DNA of 64,000 bases from an uncultured bacterium (GCA_963716205.1 OY970290.1:30411-94410); one strand, 5' to 3'. Counted from the stretch's first letter, positions 9,121 to 18,452 are shown. Numbers and translations: made by a program. Notes: a model not told the origin generated them from the letters alone.

Positions 9121-10161
9121 CTATAAAAGTTTTCCTGAATTTTTAATATTCAAATGTTTTCTCGCTCTGTCTGTCACAATTCTTCCTCGCGAGGTTCGTT
9201 CAATGAATCCAAGCTGCAAAAGATACGGCTCGTAGACATCTTCGATAGTTGCCTGCTCTTCCGAAAGGGAAGCGGCAAGCGTATTGAGCCCAACAGGACC
9301 GCCGGCGAATTTTTCCTCTATCATGGTCAGCACTGCTCTGTCCTCCGGATTGAGCCCAACCTCGTCAATATTGAGCATTTGCAAGGCATCTTTGACAATT
9401 TCACTAGTTAAATTTTGTTTTTTTATCTGGGCGAGGTCACGGGCGCGTTTGAGAAGATAATTTGCAGTTCGCGGCGTGGAGCGGCTGCGTTTGGCGATTT
9501 CTTTTTTCGCTTCGGGGTCTATTTCAACGCCGAGAATTTTTGCAGAGCGTTCAATAATTTTTTCTATTTCTTCCGGCGAATAAAATTCAAGCTTGTAGAC
9601 TCCACCGGAAAAACGGCTTCGCAAAGGAGCGGAAAGCATGGCGATGCGAGTCGTTGCGGCGATCAATGTGAACGGCGGAAGGTCGAGTTGTATGGTGCGG
9701 GCGGACGGACCTTTGCCGATAATAATATCGAGTGAGCCGGACTCCATCGCAGGATATAAAATTTCCTCGATTGTTTTGTTGAGACGGTGGATTTCGTCAA
9801 TGAAAAGAATATCACCGGGTGAAAGATTGGTTAGGATTGATGCAAGGTCGCCGACTTTTTCTATCGCCGGACCTGAAGTGGCTTTCAATTGTGCGCGAGT
9901 TTCTTTTGCAATCAGATTTGCCAGCGTTGTTTTGCCGAGTCCCGGGGGACCGTAAAAAAGAAGATGCTCCGGCGGATGTTTTCTCTGTTCGGCGGCTTTC
10001 AATAAAATTTGCAAATTTTCTTTGATGTTTTTCTGTCCGATGTATTCGTTCCATGAGGATGGACGCAGTGTCTGGTCAAGGAATATTACATCGCTATTTT
10101 TGGGGCTTGAATTATGAATATTTTGCGAAGGAGTCGTTTTTTTGCCATTTTTGCTTGACAT
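9121..10161 (-). CDS. ruvB: Holliday junction branch migration helicase RuvB
   Basis: LRP....YIGQ, GPPGLGKTTLA, FIDEIHRL, GGPVGL, YEPYL...G..ERT.RGR. Confidence 0.98.
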   Translation of the reverse strand: MSSKNGKKTTPSQNIHNSSPKNSDVIFLDQTLRPSSWNEYIGQKNIKENLQILLKAAEQRKHPPEHLLFYGPPGLGKTTLANLIAKETRAQLKATSGPAIEKVGDLASILTNLSPGDILFIDEIHRLNKTIEEILYPAMESGSLDIIIGKGPSARTIQLDLPPFTLIAATTRIAMLSAPLRSRFSGGVYKLEFYSPEEIEKIIERSAKILGVEIDPEAKKEIAKRSRSTPRTANYLLKRARDLAQIKKQNLTSEIVKDALQMLNIDEVGLNPEDRAVLTMIEEKFAGGPVGLNTLAASLSEEQATIEDVYEPYLLQLGFIERTSRGRIVTDRARKHLNIKNSGKLL

Positions 10162-10182
10162 AGTGTTATTTCATGCTAAACT
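10155..10182 (+). promoter_or_regulatory. Sigma70-type promoter pointing into the ncRNA candidate
   Basis: TTGACA-16 nt-TAAACT with extended TGn; overlaps the ruvB start codon on the opposite strand. Confidence 0.6.
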
Positions 10183-10233
10183 CTTTCCAGGGCCTGTGCA
10201 AGGGCTTTTTATTTGACTCAAGTTTTATGTTCC

Positions 10234-10403
10234 GGTTCTGAATATAAATCTCTAAACAATTATTCTCGCAAGAGGTTACGAGTTTTTCTTCAAGGACGTC
10301 TTGGTTTATTTCTTCGGAAATATTGCTGAGGTTATCCTTAAAGGCTAATTTAACTTTTTACCGCCAGGTTTAAAGTATTGTTTAGAGATTTATGTTTTGA
10401 ACC
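10234..10403 (+). ncRNA. Structured ncRNA candidate, 6S RNA-like rod
   Basis: 27-bp closing stem (10234-10260/10377-10403) with G-U pairs on +, central bubble with two small hairpins, apical stem capped by C(UUCG)G. Confidence 0.6.
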
Positions 10404-10469
10404 ATCTCTTAGTTTTTATGCTATCCCAGTTTGAAACTTTTGCAAGTACTCCAATTTTTTACAACACGT

Positions 10470-12152
10470 TTAATTTTCTGATTCAAGATCTATGACCGAG
10501 CCGAGCTCTTCAAGCGTGCTAACGCCCCGAAGCACTTTGAGCACGCCGTCCTGTTTCATATCGAGGATGTTCTGGGATCTGGCAACCTCTTTGATTTCCC
10601 GTTCGCTTGAATTCGCCATAATGACACTTTCCATCTCTCGTGTCGAAAGGATGGCTTCAACAATGGCTATTCTGCCCTTGTAGCCGGTATCGTTGCACTT
10701 GTCGCAGCCGACGGCTTGCCAGATTTTTTCCGTCTGAACGCCCGTCAGATATGTTTTGTCCGAAATGCTTTCAAGGGTTTTTTGAATAATCTTTTTTTCC
10801 GCATCAGTCGGAATTTTTTCTTTCTTGCAATACGGACAGAGCTTTCTCAAAAGCCGCTGCGCCATTGAAACGTTGAGCGCCGAGGGGATCGTTTTCGGAT
10901 TGACTTTCAGATCGATCAATCGTGGAAATGCTCCAGCTGCGGAGTTTGTGTGCAGAGTGGAAAATACCAAATGTCCGGTGAGTGCCGCCTGAATGGCGGT
11001 TCCCGCAGTTTCATCATCTCGGATTTCTCCGACCATGATGACGTCTGGATCCTGCCTCATCGCGGCGCGAAGTCCGGCAAGAAATGTGTATCCTTTTTCA
11101 TCTTCCACCTGCGTTTGAACGATGCCATTTAAATGATATTCAATTGGATCTTCAATCGTGATGATTTTTATCTCGGGACTGTAGATTTTTTTCATGAATG
11201 CATACAATGTAGTGGTTTTTCCGCTGCCGGTCGGTCCGGTGATGAGAAGCATGCCGTTTGGCCTATTGATTTGTTCAATGAGGATGTCGAGAGTTCTTTT
11301 TTCAATACCAAGCTCTTCGAGCGGCACCGAGATGGATTTCGGATTGAGAAGCCGCATGACGATGGATTCGCTGTATGCGCCCGGCAAGATGGAAGTTCTG
11401 ATTTCAATTTCGCTGTCTTTTATTTTGATGCTGAATCTGCCGTCCTGCGCTTCGTCTTTGATATTCAATTTCAAACCCGAAAGTAATTTTATGCGGGAGA
11501 GCAAAAGATTATATGTTGCCATATCAAATTGATATGTATCGATAAGAATGCCGTCTATCCTAAATCTCATACGTACACCTTCTTCTTGCGGTTCGATGTG
11601 CACATCGGAAGCTCCGAGTGCAAGAGCGCCGGCGAGCATGATTTCCAATATTTTTGAAATGCGGTAGGTTTGCTTGACACCGAGCAGATCATCCATCAAT
11701 TTTTTGATATCCTTAATATGTCCAACTTTTGACATCAGCGTGACGACTTGATCGCTTGAAATATCAAAAGTGCCGGCGACGCTTTCCGATGAATACGACA
11801 AATCTTTATATCGCTCCCACGCTTTCTCTAAACTTTTTTTTGATACCATAAAAACAGTCGGCAAGTAGCCTTCGTCCGAAAGTTTATTTAATATAGAAAC
11901 AGTTTTTTCATTGTTCGGAGACGTAATAGCCACTTCAAGTTTCTTACCAGTCATATCAAAGATAGCGACGCTGGATTCTCGCGCTTCATCTTCATTTACA
12001 ATACGGAGCGCATCGGTATTGATGCGTATCGGTCCGAGATCAAGATAATTAAAGCCGTATCGGGAAGCAAGAATCTTTACAACGTCCTCTTCTTCGCTTT
12101 TACGCATTTCTTCAAGACGCTTTTCTTCTTTTGAATCATCGAAGGTCACCAT
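10470..12152 (-). CDS. pilB: Type IV pilus assembly ATPase PilB/GspE, paralogue 1
   Basis: ASDVHIEP, QDGRF, GPTGSGKTTT, TIEDPIEY, RQDPDVIMVGEIRD, STLHTN, CPYC...CDKC zinc motif; start at ATG 12152. Confidence 0.93.
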   Translation of the reverse strand: MVTFDDSKEEKRLEEMRKSEEEDVVKILASRYGFNYLDLGPIRINTDALRIVNEDEARESSVAIFDMTGKKLEVAITSPNNEKTVSILNKLSDEGYLPTVFMVSKKSLEKAWERYKDLSYSSESVAGTFDISSDQVVTLMSKVGHIKDIKKLMDDLLGVKQTYRISKILEIMLAGALALGASDVHIEPQEEGVRMRFRIDGILIDTYQFDMATYNLLLSRIKLLSGLKLNIKDEAQDGRFSIKIKDSEIEIRTSILPGAYSESIVMRLLNPKSISVPLEELGIEKRTLDILIEQINRPNGMLLITGPTGSGKTTTLYAFMKKIYSPEIKIITIEDPIEYHLNGIVQTQVEDEKGYTFLAGLRAAMRQDPDVIMVGEIRDDETAGTAIQAALTGHLVFSTLHTNSAAGAFPRLIDLKVNPKTIPSALNVSMAQRLLRKLCPYCKKEKIPTDAEKKIIQKTLESISDKTYLTGVQTEKIWQAVGCDKCNDTGYKGRIAIVEAILSTREMESVIMANSSEREIKEVARSQNILDMKQDGVLKVLRGVSTLEELGSVIDLESEN

Positions 12153-12285
12153 ATAGGGAATATCATACCATAGAAAGCACAAAAGCCATATTTAAAGCCA
12201 CCATAAAGCTCCAAAGTGAGGAGATAGAGAAAGTACTTGACTTTTTTGTAGTTTAATATATAATATCCAGGTTAATAAATTTGAT

Positions 12286-13524
12286 ATGAAATATATGAAA
12301 AACACAAATATTATAAATAAATATACATTGCTCTTCGCAACACTTTTGCTTGCCGTTGTTTTTTCTATTGCAATGCCATTTGCAGCGAAGGCACAAGATG
12401 ATACTGACTACACTGGAACAGGATACACTGACTATTCTGGAACGGGCTATACTGATGGCACTGATTACACCGGAACAGGTTATACCGATTACACCGGAAC
12501 AGGTTATACCGATTACACGGGAACCGGCTATACTGATTATACTGGAACGGGTTACACAGAGCCAACTTCAAATGATACTCAAACAATCGTTCCTTACGAT
12601 AATTCATCTGTTGGTATTATTGGAGGCATATATTCCGGAGGATACTATGGCGGCTATTATTATCCTGGTTCAACAGTTTCTTCAGGAAGTTTTACTGGCG
12701 GTACTCTTTATGAACCGGTTCCAACGGCTGGACAATATCCGGGTTCAACAGTTACCACTTCAAGTTTTGGCGGCGGTACCGCGTATAACGGATATTATGG
12801 ATATAATAATTACAACTACGGACAGCTTACCGGTTCATGTTCAGGTCAAGTTTCAACCAATCCGTCAGGAACTTCAATTGTCTGGACCGCTCTTGCTTCA
12901 GGCGGAAACGGAGTCTATTACTACACATGGACTGGTGACAGCGGACTTTCAGGAACGGGGCAATATATTTCTCAGATCTATCCGTCCTCAACTGGCGTAG
13001 AAAATGCGTATTTGAGAATTAATTCAGGTGATGGACAAACAACCACCGAAGCGTGCTCTGTTACTCTCGGAAATCCAAACGAGGTTTTGGCTTACAGTGC
13101 TACCAATCCAAACTTGCAATCAGTCTACTTGAGTAATGTTCCATATACTGGCGCGGGAGATTTTGCAAAAGTTGTCGGATTCCTTTCAATGCTTTTGCTC
13201 TGGAGCGCGGGACTTTCCTACATCTTCTTGAAGAGAAAAGAAAAAATGGAAAATCCAATCACTGTTACACCTGAAGCATCGAATTCGTCTGAAAGTTCTG
13301 ATTATCTTCAAAATTTCAGAATGGAAACTAATTCCGATATTCAAGCGATAGAAAGTATTGAAACGTACGCTCGGATGAATCAAGTATTGCTTTCAAGCGA
13401 TGCTGTAAAAGAACTTGCCAAACTTTCTCGATTGAACAAAATTAATCCGAAAGAAGCTATCAAGAAAATGTCAAAAGGAGAATGGATCACGATAGGTGAG
13501 AACGATTTATCAAAATTTATCTAA
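12286..13524 (+). CDS. Exported Tyr/Gly/Thr-rich repeat protein with VPYTG motif, TM and cytoplasmic tail
   Basis: Signal peptide (AKA/Q), TDY[TS]GTGY x6, small Cys-paired beta domain, TM near residues 295-316; promoter TTGACT-16-TATAAT at 12237-12264. Confidence 0.85.
   Translation: MKYMKNTNIINKYTLLFATLLLAVVFSIAMPFAAKAQDDTDYTGTGYTDYSGTGYTDGTDYTGTGYTDYTGTGYTDYTGTGYTDYTGTGYTEPTSNDTQTIVPYDNSSVGIIGGIYSGGYYGGYYYPGSTVSSGSFTGGTLYEPVPTAGQYPGSTVTTSSFGGGTAYNGYYGYNNYNYGQLTGSCSGQVSTNPSGTSIVWTALASGGNGVYYYTWTGDSGLSGTGQYISQIYPSSTGVENAYLRINSGDGQTTTEACSVTLGNPNEVLAYSATNPNLQSVYLSNVPYTGAGDFAKVVGFLSMLLLWSAGLSYIFLKRKEKMENPITVTPEASNSSESSDYLQNFRMETNSDIQAIESIETYARMNQVLLSSDAVKELAKLSRLNKINPKEAIKKMSKGEWITIGENDLSKFI
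12403..12558 (+). repeat. 24-bp coding tandem repeat (TDY[TS]GTGY x6)
   Basis: Octapeptide repeats with synonymous codon variation. Confidence 0.95.
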
Positions 13525-13556
13525 CAAAAAACCGCCTTTTGGCGGTTTTTTGTTAG
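13521..13556. terminator. Intrinsic terminator (symmetric)
   Basis: CTAACAAAAAACCGCC-TTTT-GGCGGTTTTTTGTTAG. Confidence 0.9.
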
Positions 13557-13600
13557 GAAAAGAAGCCTTGTTTAAAGCCGAAATAAAATAAGTGAAAGTA

Positions 13601-13628
13601 TTGACAATATTATAGAGTCATGTATAAT
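13601..13628 (+). promoter_or_regulatory. Consensus sigma70 promoter
   Basis: TTGACA-16 nt-TATAAT. Confidence 0.85.
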
Positions 13629-13689
13629 ATTGAGGAAGCTAGCAGTAACCCTTTAATGGGAATAAAAATAAAATTTGTGAGGTGTGCTC

Positions 13690-14298
13690 ATGGACTTTTC
13701 CTTTGTTTACAAAATGGGCATGGGAAAGATTCTTTTACTGGTCGTTCCTGTGTTCATCGTAATGGTGATTGTGCTCTGGAATCGGTGGGATGCTTATCTC
13801 AAACCGGCTACGGAGCAAGTCAGTGGGAATAACTGGGACAGATGGCGGCATACATTCAGACCGCTATTTTGGATACTGGTATGCTGGATTTTTCTTGCAG
13901 GTATCAGTGCCACCATCTGGCTGATTTGGAGCGAAACTGAAATGGTTGTCGGTCATGGATACGGGAGCATTGAAACTCCGGTTCCGACACCGATCCCAAC
14001 TGTTGTTCCGCAAGTCCCAGCTCCAAGTGCAGAACTTTCGTACAAAGAAAAGCATTACTGTGGAGTCGTTATTGATAACACGGGAAAGCCATCTTTTACG
14101 ATCACGGAGTTGTCCAAAGAAGGCAAGACCATCGGTACTTTTCCAGTCAAGGAAAATGGAAAGGTAGTGATTGGGTTTAACAATCCAATCACTGGAGCGA
14201 TTTTGTCGGACGGTATTCACACCCAAAATTTTAAATTTGAAAGTCAAAAGGTGTGGTACACGTGGGATCCTTCAACGAATACGTACATTCCGGGATGA
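13690..14298 (+). CDS. Hypothetical membrane protein (2 TM, Pro/Thr linker, beta-rich domain)
   Basis: SD GAGGTG before ATG 13690; two hydrophobic segments; PVPTPIPT linker. Confidence 0.8.
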   Translation: MDFSFVYKMGMGKILLLVVPVFIVMVIVLWNRWDAYLKPATEQVSGNNWDRWRHTFRPLFWILVCWIFLAGISATIWLIWSETEMVVGHGYGSIETPVPTPIPTVVPQVPAPSAELSYKEKHYCGVVIDNTGKPSFTITELSKEGKTIGTFPVKENGKVVIGFNNPITGAILSDGIHTQNFKFESQKVWYTWDPSTNTYIPG

Positions 14299-14311
14299 GG
14301 ATGAAAATCCT

Positions 14312-14393
14312 CAAGACCCCATTTCTCGTAACAACGGGAGGTGGGGTTTTTTTATTTGGCGGGATTTTCGTGAAGCGAAAATCCCGCCTTTTT
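14312..14393 (+). terminator. Two tandem terminator hairpins
   Basis: GACCCCATTTCTCGT/ACGGGAGGTGGGGTT + T-run; GGCGGGATTTTCGT-GAA-GCGAAAATCCCGCC + T-run. Confidence 0.8.
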
Positions 14394-14411
14394 GTATGTT
14401 AAAATTAACTG

Positions 14412-14846
14412 ATGAAAATAATCAGCAAGAGTTTAAATGACACGGAAAAAATTGCGGAGGATTTTGTAAAAAAATTATCTTTTTATACGCCCGAAGGCGC
14501 GCTTATTATCGGCTTATATGGAGATCTCGGTTCCGGCAAAACGACGTTTGCACAGGACGTTGCGGAGATTTTTGGCATCGATGAAACCGTGACGAGTCCG
14601 ACGTATGTCATTGAAAAAATTTATCCCATCCTTCACGCAAAATTTAAAAATCTGATTCATATTGATGCCTATCGCTTGAACTCCGCAAAAGAGCTTATCG
14701 TTCTCGGCTGGCAGAACATATCATCCGATCCGCAAAACATTATTCTGATAGAATGGCCCGAAAAAGTCTCAGAAATTTTGCCGGAAAATCACGTAAAAAT
14801 TAATTTCAGATTCATCTCGGATACCGAGCGGGAAATTGAGATATAA
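14412..14846 (+). CDS. tsaE: tRNA t6A biosynthesis ATPase TsaE
   Basis: GDLGSGKTTF, VTSPTY, HIDAYRL, IEWPE. Confidence 0.96.
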   Translation: MKIISKSLNDTEKIAEDFVKKLSFYTPEGALIIGLYGDLGSGKTTFAQDVAEIFGIDETVTSPTYVIEKIYPILHAKFKNLIHIDAYRLNSAKELIVLGWQNISSDPQNIILIEWPEKVSEILPENHVKINFRFISDTEREIEI

Positions 14847-14853
14847 TAGAAAC

Positions 14854-17325
14854 ATGGCAAAAAAATCTGGTGATAAAAAAATACTTGTCCTCCTCGATGT
14901 TCATGCAATTATTCATCGCGCATATCATGCGCTGCCGGAATTTGCCACAAGCTCCGGCGTGCCGACGGGCGCTCTCTACGGGCTTTCAACCATGCTTCTC
15001 AAAATCATTTCCGATTTGAAGCCAGATTATATCGCCGCTTGCTACGACTTGCCGAAGCCGACATATCGTCATATTGCCTACAAGGATTACAAAGCGGGCA
15101 GAGCAAAAGCAGACGAAGAGCTCATCGAACAGATCAAAAAATCCTACGACATCTTCCGCGCGTTCAATATCCCCATTTATTCAAAGGAAGGGTTTGAGGC
15201 GGATGATATGATTGGCACGATTGTCGAGAAAGAGAAGAAAGAAAAAAATCTTGATATCGTTATTGCGTCCGGTGATATGGATACGCTTCAGCTCGTTGAT
15301 GACGATCGCGTGCGGGTTTATACTTTGAAAAAAGGAATCAAGGATACGATTATTTATAATGAAAAAGGAGTTTTAGAACGATACGGATTCGGACCGAAGC
15401 TGTTGCCCGATTTCAAAGGTCTTCGAGGAGATCCGTCTGACAATATCATCGGCATCAACGGCATCGGCGAGAAAACGGCGACGGATTTAATAAAAAATTT
15501 CGGTTCGATCGAGGAAATGTACAAGAAATTAAAAAAAGCCGGCGGAAAAGAACAATTTGAAACAGCCGGCATCAAGGAAAGAATCGTCGGGCTGCTTGAG
15601 AATGGCGAAGAGGAAGCGAAGTTTTCCAAAATGCTCGGCACTATAAACAGAGCCGCACCGATTAATTTTTCGCTTCCGGAAAAAAGCTGGAAAGAAAGTG
15701 TTGATCTCGAAAAAGTGAATGCAGTGTGGAGCGAGCTTGAATTCAGGACTTTGGGTCAAAGATTAAAAGATGTTTTGTACGGCAACAATAGAAAAACTGA
15801 GGAAAAAAAATCAAAAGAAAATACCGAAACAAAAAAAGAGAAAAAAGAACGTGAGGAAAAAATAGAATATCAATACGAAAATATCAAAGAACTTTCGGTC
15901 ATACTTTGGCTTGTCAATTCGAGCATCACGAGTCCGAAAGGGGAAGACATTTTTAATTTTACGAAGACGAAAGATTCAAAAGAAGCAAAAAGAATTTTGC
16001 TTGCTGAACTTGAGAAAAGGGAATTGACGCGAGTCTGGGAAACGATAGAAAAGCCGCTTATTTCGGTTATCGAAGCTATGGAAAAAACTGGAGTGAAGAT
16101 CGACAAGAAAGAATTAGCGCGGTTGTCAAAGGATTATCATGCGAAACTTGCTACGCTTGAAAAGAAAATTTGGGATCATGCTGGTGATGAATTCAATATC
16201 AATTCGCCGAAGCAGCTGGGAGAAATACTTTTTATGAAGCTCGGACTGAAACCGAAAAATCAAAAGAAGACTGGTAGCGGCGCGCTTTCCACCAAAGAAA
16301 GTGAGCTTGAAAAAATGCGCGAAATGCACCCGATTATTGATCTGATCATTGAATACCGCGAATTCCAGAAACTTCTTTCCACCTATATCGATGTCATACC
16401 GGAACTTTTGGATGTAGATGGACGGCTTCATGCAAAATTCTTGCAGGCGGGAACGACGACAGGCAGAATGGCATCATCAAATCCGAATCTGCAGAATATT
16501 CCAAATGAAAGCGAGCTTGGCAGGAATATCCGCGCAGCATTTGTTGCCGACAATGGAACGAAACTTTTGTCATTTGATTATTCGCAGGCGGAGCTCCGCA
16601 TTGCGGCATTTCTCTCGGATGATAAAAAGCTGATCGAGATTTTCAAAAACAACGAAGACGTGCACACTGCGGTCGCCTCGGAAGTGTTCAATGTTCCACT
16701 AGATCAAGTGGACAAGGAAATGCGCCGACGGGCAAAGGTCATCAACTTTGGAATTATGTACGGTATGGGGGTGAACGCCCTGCGGGTAAATTTGAGCGGA
16801 GGTCAGACGATCATCACGGAGGCTCGCCCGGCATATTCCGGCGCCGTCAGCAGAGAAGAAGCGCAGAAATATCTGAACGCATATTTTGAGAAATTTTCCG
16901 GCCTTGCAAAATATTTGGAATGGATCAAAAATGACGCAAAAGAAAAAGGCTACACCCAGACGCTTTTCGGCAGACGAAGATATTTTGAAGGATTGCGATC
17001 CAAAGTGCCGTTTATCAAAGCGATGTCTGAGCGCATGGCGATCAACGCACCGATCCAAGGCACAGAAGCCGACATGATCAAACTTGCGATGATCCATATT
17101 GATAAATATTTAAAGGAAGAAAAACTGTCCGACAAAGTAAAATTGATCTTGCAGATTCATGATGAACTAGTCTATGAAGCGGATGAGACAATCGCAGAAA
17201 AAATTGCTCCGAAAATTGAAAAAATTATGGAAAATGTCATTCCTCTGAAAGATTCAAAAGGGATTGTCATGAAAGCATCGAGTATGGAAGGGGAGAATTG
17301 GAAGGAGATGGAAAAAATAAAATAA
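14854..17325 (+). CDS. polA: DNA polymerase I with reduced proofreading domain
   Basis: 5'-3' exonuclease (HRAYHA, YKAGR, EADD, GDPSDNI.G..GIGEKTA); polymerase motifs TGRMASSNPNLQNIP, DYSQAELR, R..AK.INFG..YG, QIHDEL. Confidence 0.97.
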   Translation: MAKKSGDKKILVLLDVHAIIHRAYHALPEFATSSGVPTGALYGLSTMLLKIISDLKPDYIAACYDLPKPTYRHIAYKDYKAGRAKADEELIEQIKKSYDIFRAFNIPIYSKEGFEADDMIGTIVEKEKKEKNLDIVIASGDMDTLQLVDDDRVRVYTLKKGIKDTIIYNEKGVLERYGFGPKLLPDFKGLRGDPSDNIIGINGIGEKTATDLIKNFGSIEEMYKKLKKAGGKEQFETAGIKERIVGLLENGEEEAKFSKMLGTINRAAPINFSLPEKSWKESVDLEKVNAVWSELEFRTLGQRLKDVLYGNNRKTEEKKSKENTETKKEKKEREEKIEYQYENIKELSVILWLVNSSITSPKGEDIFNFTKTKDSKEAKRILLAELEKRELTRVWETIEKPLISVIEAMEKTGVKIDKKELARLSKDYHAKLATLEKKIWDHAGDEFNINSPKQLGEILFMKLGLKPKNQKKTGSGALSTKESELEKMREMHPIIDLIIEYREFQKLLSTYIDVIPELLDVDGRLHAKFLQAGTTTGRMASSNPNLQNIPNESELGRNIRAAFVADNGTKLLSFDYSQAELRIAAFLSDDKKLIEIFKNNEDVHTAVASEVFNVPLDQVDKEMRRRAKVINFGIMYGMGVNALRVNLSGGQTIITEARPAYSGAVSREEAQKYLNAYFEKFSGLAKYLEWIKNDAKEKGYTQTLFGRRRYFEGLRSKVPFIKAMSERMAINAPIQGTEADMIKLAMIHIDKYLKEEKLSDKVKLILQIHDELVYEADETIAEKIAPKIEKIMENVIPLKDSKGIVMKASSMEGENWKEMEKIK

Positions 17326-17369
17326 AACAGAGCGGCACCGAAGGCACCGCTCTGTTTTATTTTATTTTT
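17313..17369. terminator. Bidirectional terminator / REP-like palindrome between convergent polA and tig
   Basis: 23-bp perfect inverted repeat; core shared with 47196-47220. Confidence 0.88.
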
Positions 17370-18417
17370 GATTTTCTAAAAATTGAATCACTACTTCATT
17401 AACCAAAATCATTTCCACATAGGCGCGAACGCGTTCCGGGTCGGCTTCTTTGTAATGTTCCATCAAATGTTTGATTTCTTTTTCTACATCTTCTTTTTTC
17501 GGTTCAATCTTTTCCTCAAGTGAAATCTTTTGCAAGACGAGCTGGGTTTTGGCGCGCTTTTCCGCATCGGGCTGCCATTCTTTGCGCAAATCTTCCCAGG
17601 ATTTCCTGATGTGTTTCAAATATTCTTCCGGCTGAAGTCCCATCTGAGCAATGTCGGCTTTGAACTGACCCTCCATTTTGTCGAGCTCGCTTTCGATAAG
17701 AATTTTCGGCATTTCTATCTTTGAATCTGCGGTGATTTTTTCCAAAATCTCAATTCTTTTTTTATCTTTTGCTTTTTGTTCTTTTTCTTTTGCGATATTG
17801 TCTTTGAGCTTTGCTTTGAAATCCGCGATGTCTTTGAATTCGCCGAGCTTTTTGACGAATTCATCCGTGATTTCCGGTAGTTCTAGTTTTTCATCATCAG
17901 TATGCTTTTCTCCTTCTTTATGAACATGATTTTGTTGCGCATACATTTTTCTGATCTGCTCGATCGTCTCCTCGATTTGTTTTTCAGATACTTCCTCGAC
18001 TTTCACTTCTTTTTTATTTTCATTTTTAGAGATTTTTTTGTAATCACCAAGCTTGATCTCCGGCATGACGGTGACGGTAATCTTGAATTCAATCGGTGAA
18101 TCAAGAGCGATTTTTATTATGGAAATATTAGGTCTACCGAGAAAATTCACTTTTGATTCAAGAAGAATTTCCGCAGCGCAATCGTTGATCGCCGCTTCCG
18201 CCGCTTCTTCCAGAATTCCAAGATCGCCGATCTTTTCTCGTAATGTTGCATCTGGAACATGTCCTTTGCGGAAGCCGGGCAGCTCCGTCATATCCTTGAT
18301 TTTCTTGAAAGCTTTGTCTTTGTAGGTCTCAAGCGCTTCCTTCGTGATTTCAGAAGTGATTTCCACGACTGAGTCGGGAAGTTTTTTTGTTCCTTTGATG
18401 GTGTATATTTTTATCAT
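17362..18417 (-). CDS. tig: Trigger factor lacking the FKBP PPIase domain
   Basis: LPGFRKGHVP ribosome-binding motif; ELPEITDEFVKKLG and C-terminal domain; only 351 aa. Confidence 0.93.
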   Translation of the reverse strand: MIKIYTIKGTKKLPDSVVEITSEITKEALETYKDKAFKKIKDMTELPGFRKGHVPDATLREKIGDLGILEEAAEAAINDCAAEILLESKVNFLGRPNISIIKIALDSPIEFKITVTVMPEIKLGDYKKISKNENKKEVKVEEVSEKQIEETIEQIRKMYAQQNHVHKEGEKHTDDEKLELPEITDEFVKKLGEFKDIADFKAKLKDNIAKEKEQKAKDKKRIEILEKITADSKIEMPKILIESELDKMEGQFKADIAQMGLQPEEYLKHIRKSWEDLRKEWQPDAEKRAKTQLVLQKISLEEKIEPKKEDVEKEIKHLMEHYKEADPERVRAYVEMILVNEVVIQFLENQK

Positions 18418-18452
18418 TTTGAGAGTCTAGCTGAAAATGGAGAAAAATGCAA

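Noticed and set aside
10170-10357. About 60-codon stop-free frame on the minus strand across the ncRNA candidate
   Set aside because: No plausible start codon near its 5' end; the base-pairing pattern explains the region better
12350-13000. 216-aa alternative-frame ORF (ITPEQVIP repeats)
   Set aside because: Third-position variation preserves the TDYTGTGY frame, not this one
13630-13675. Possible preQ1-I riboswitch (GAGG...AGCAGTAACCCTT plus A-rich tail)
   Set aside because: Weak P1, no complementary 3' pseudoknot segment, downstream gene unrelated to queuosine
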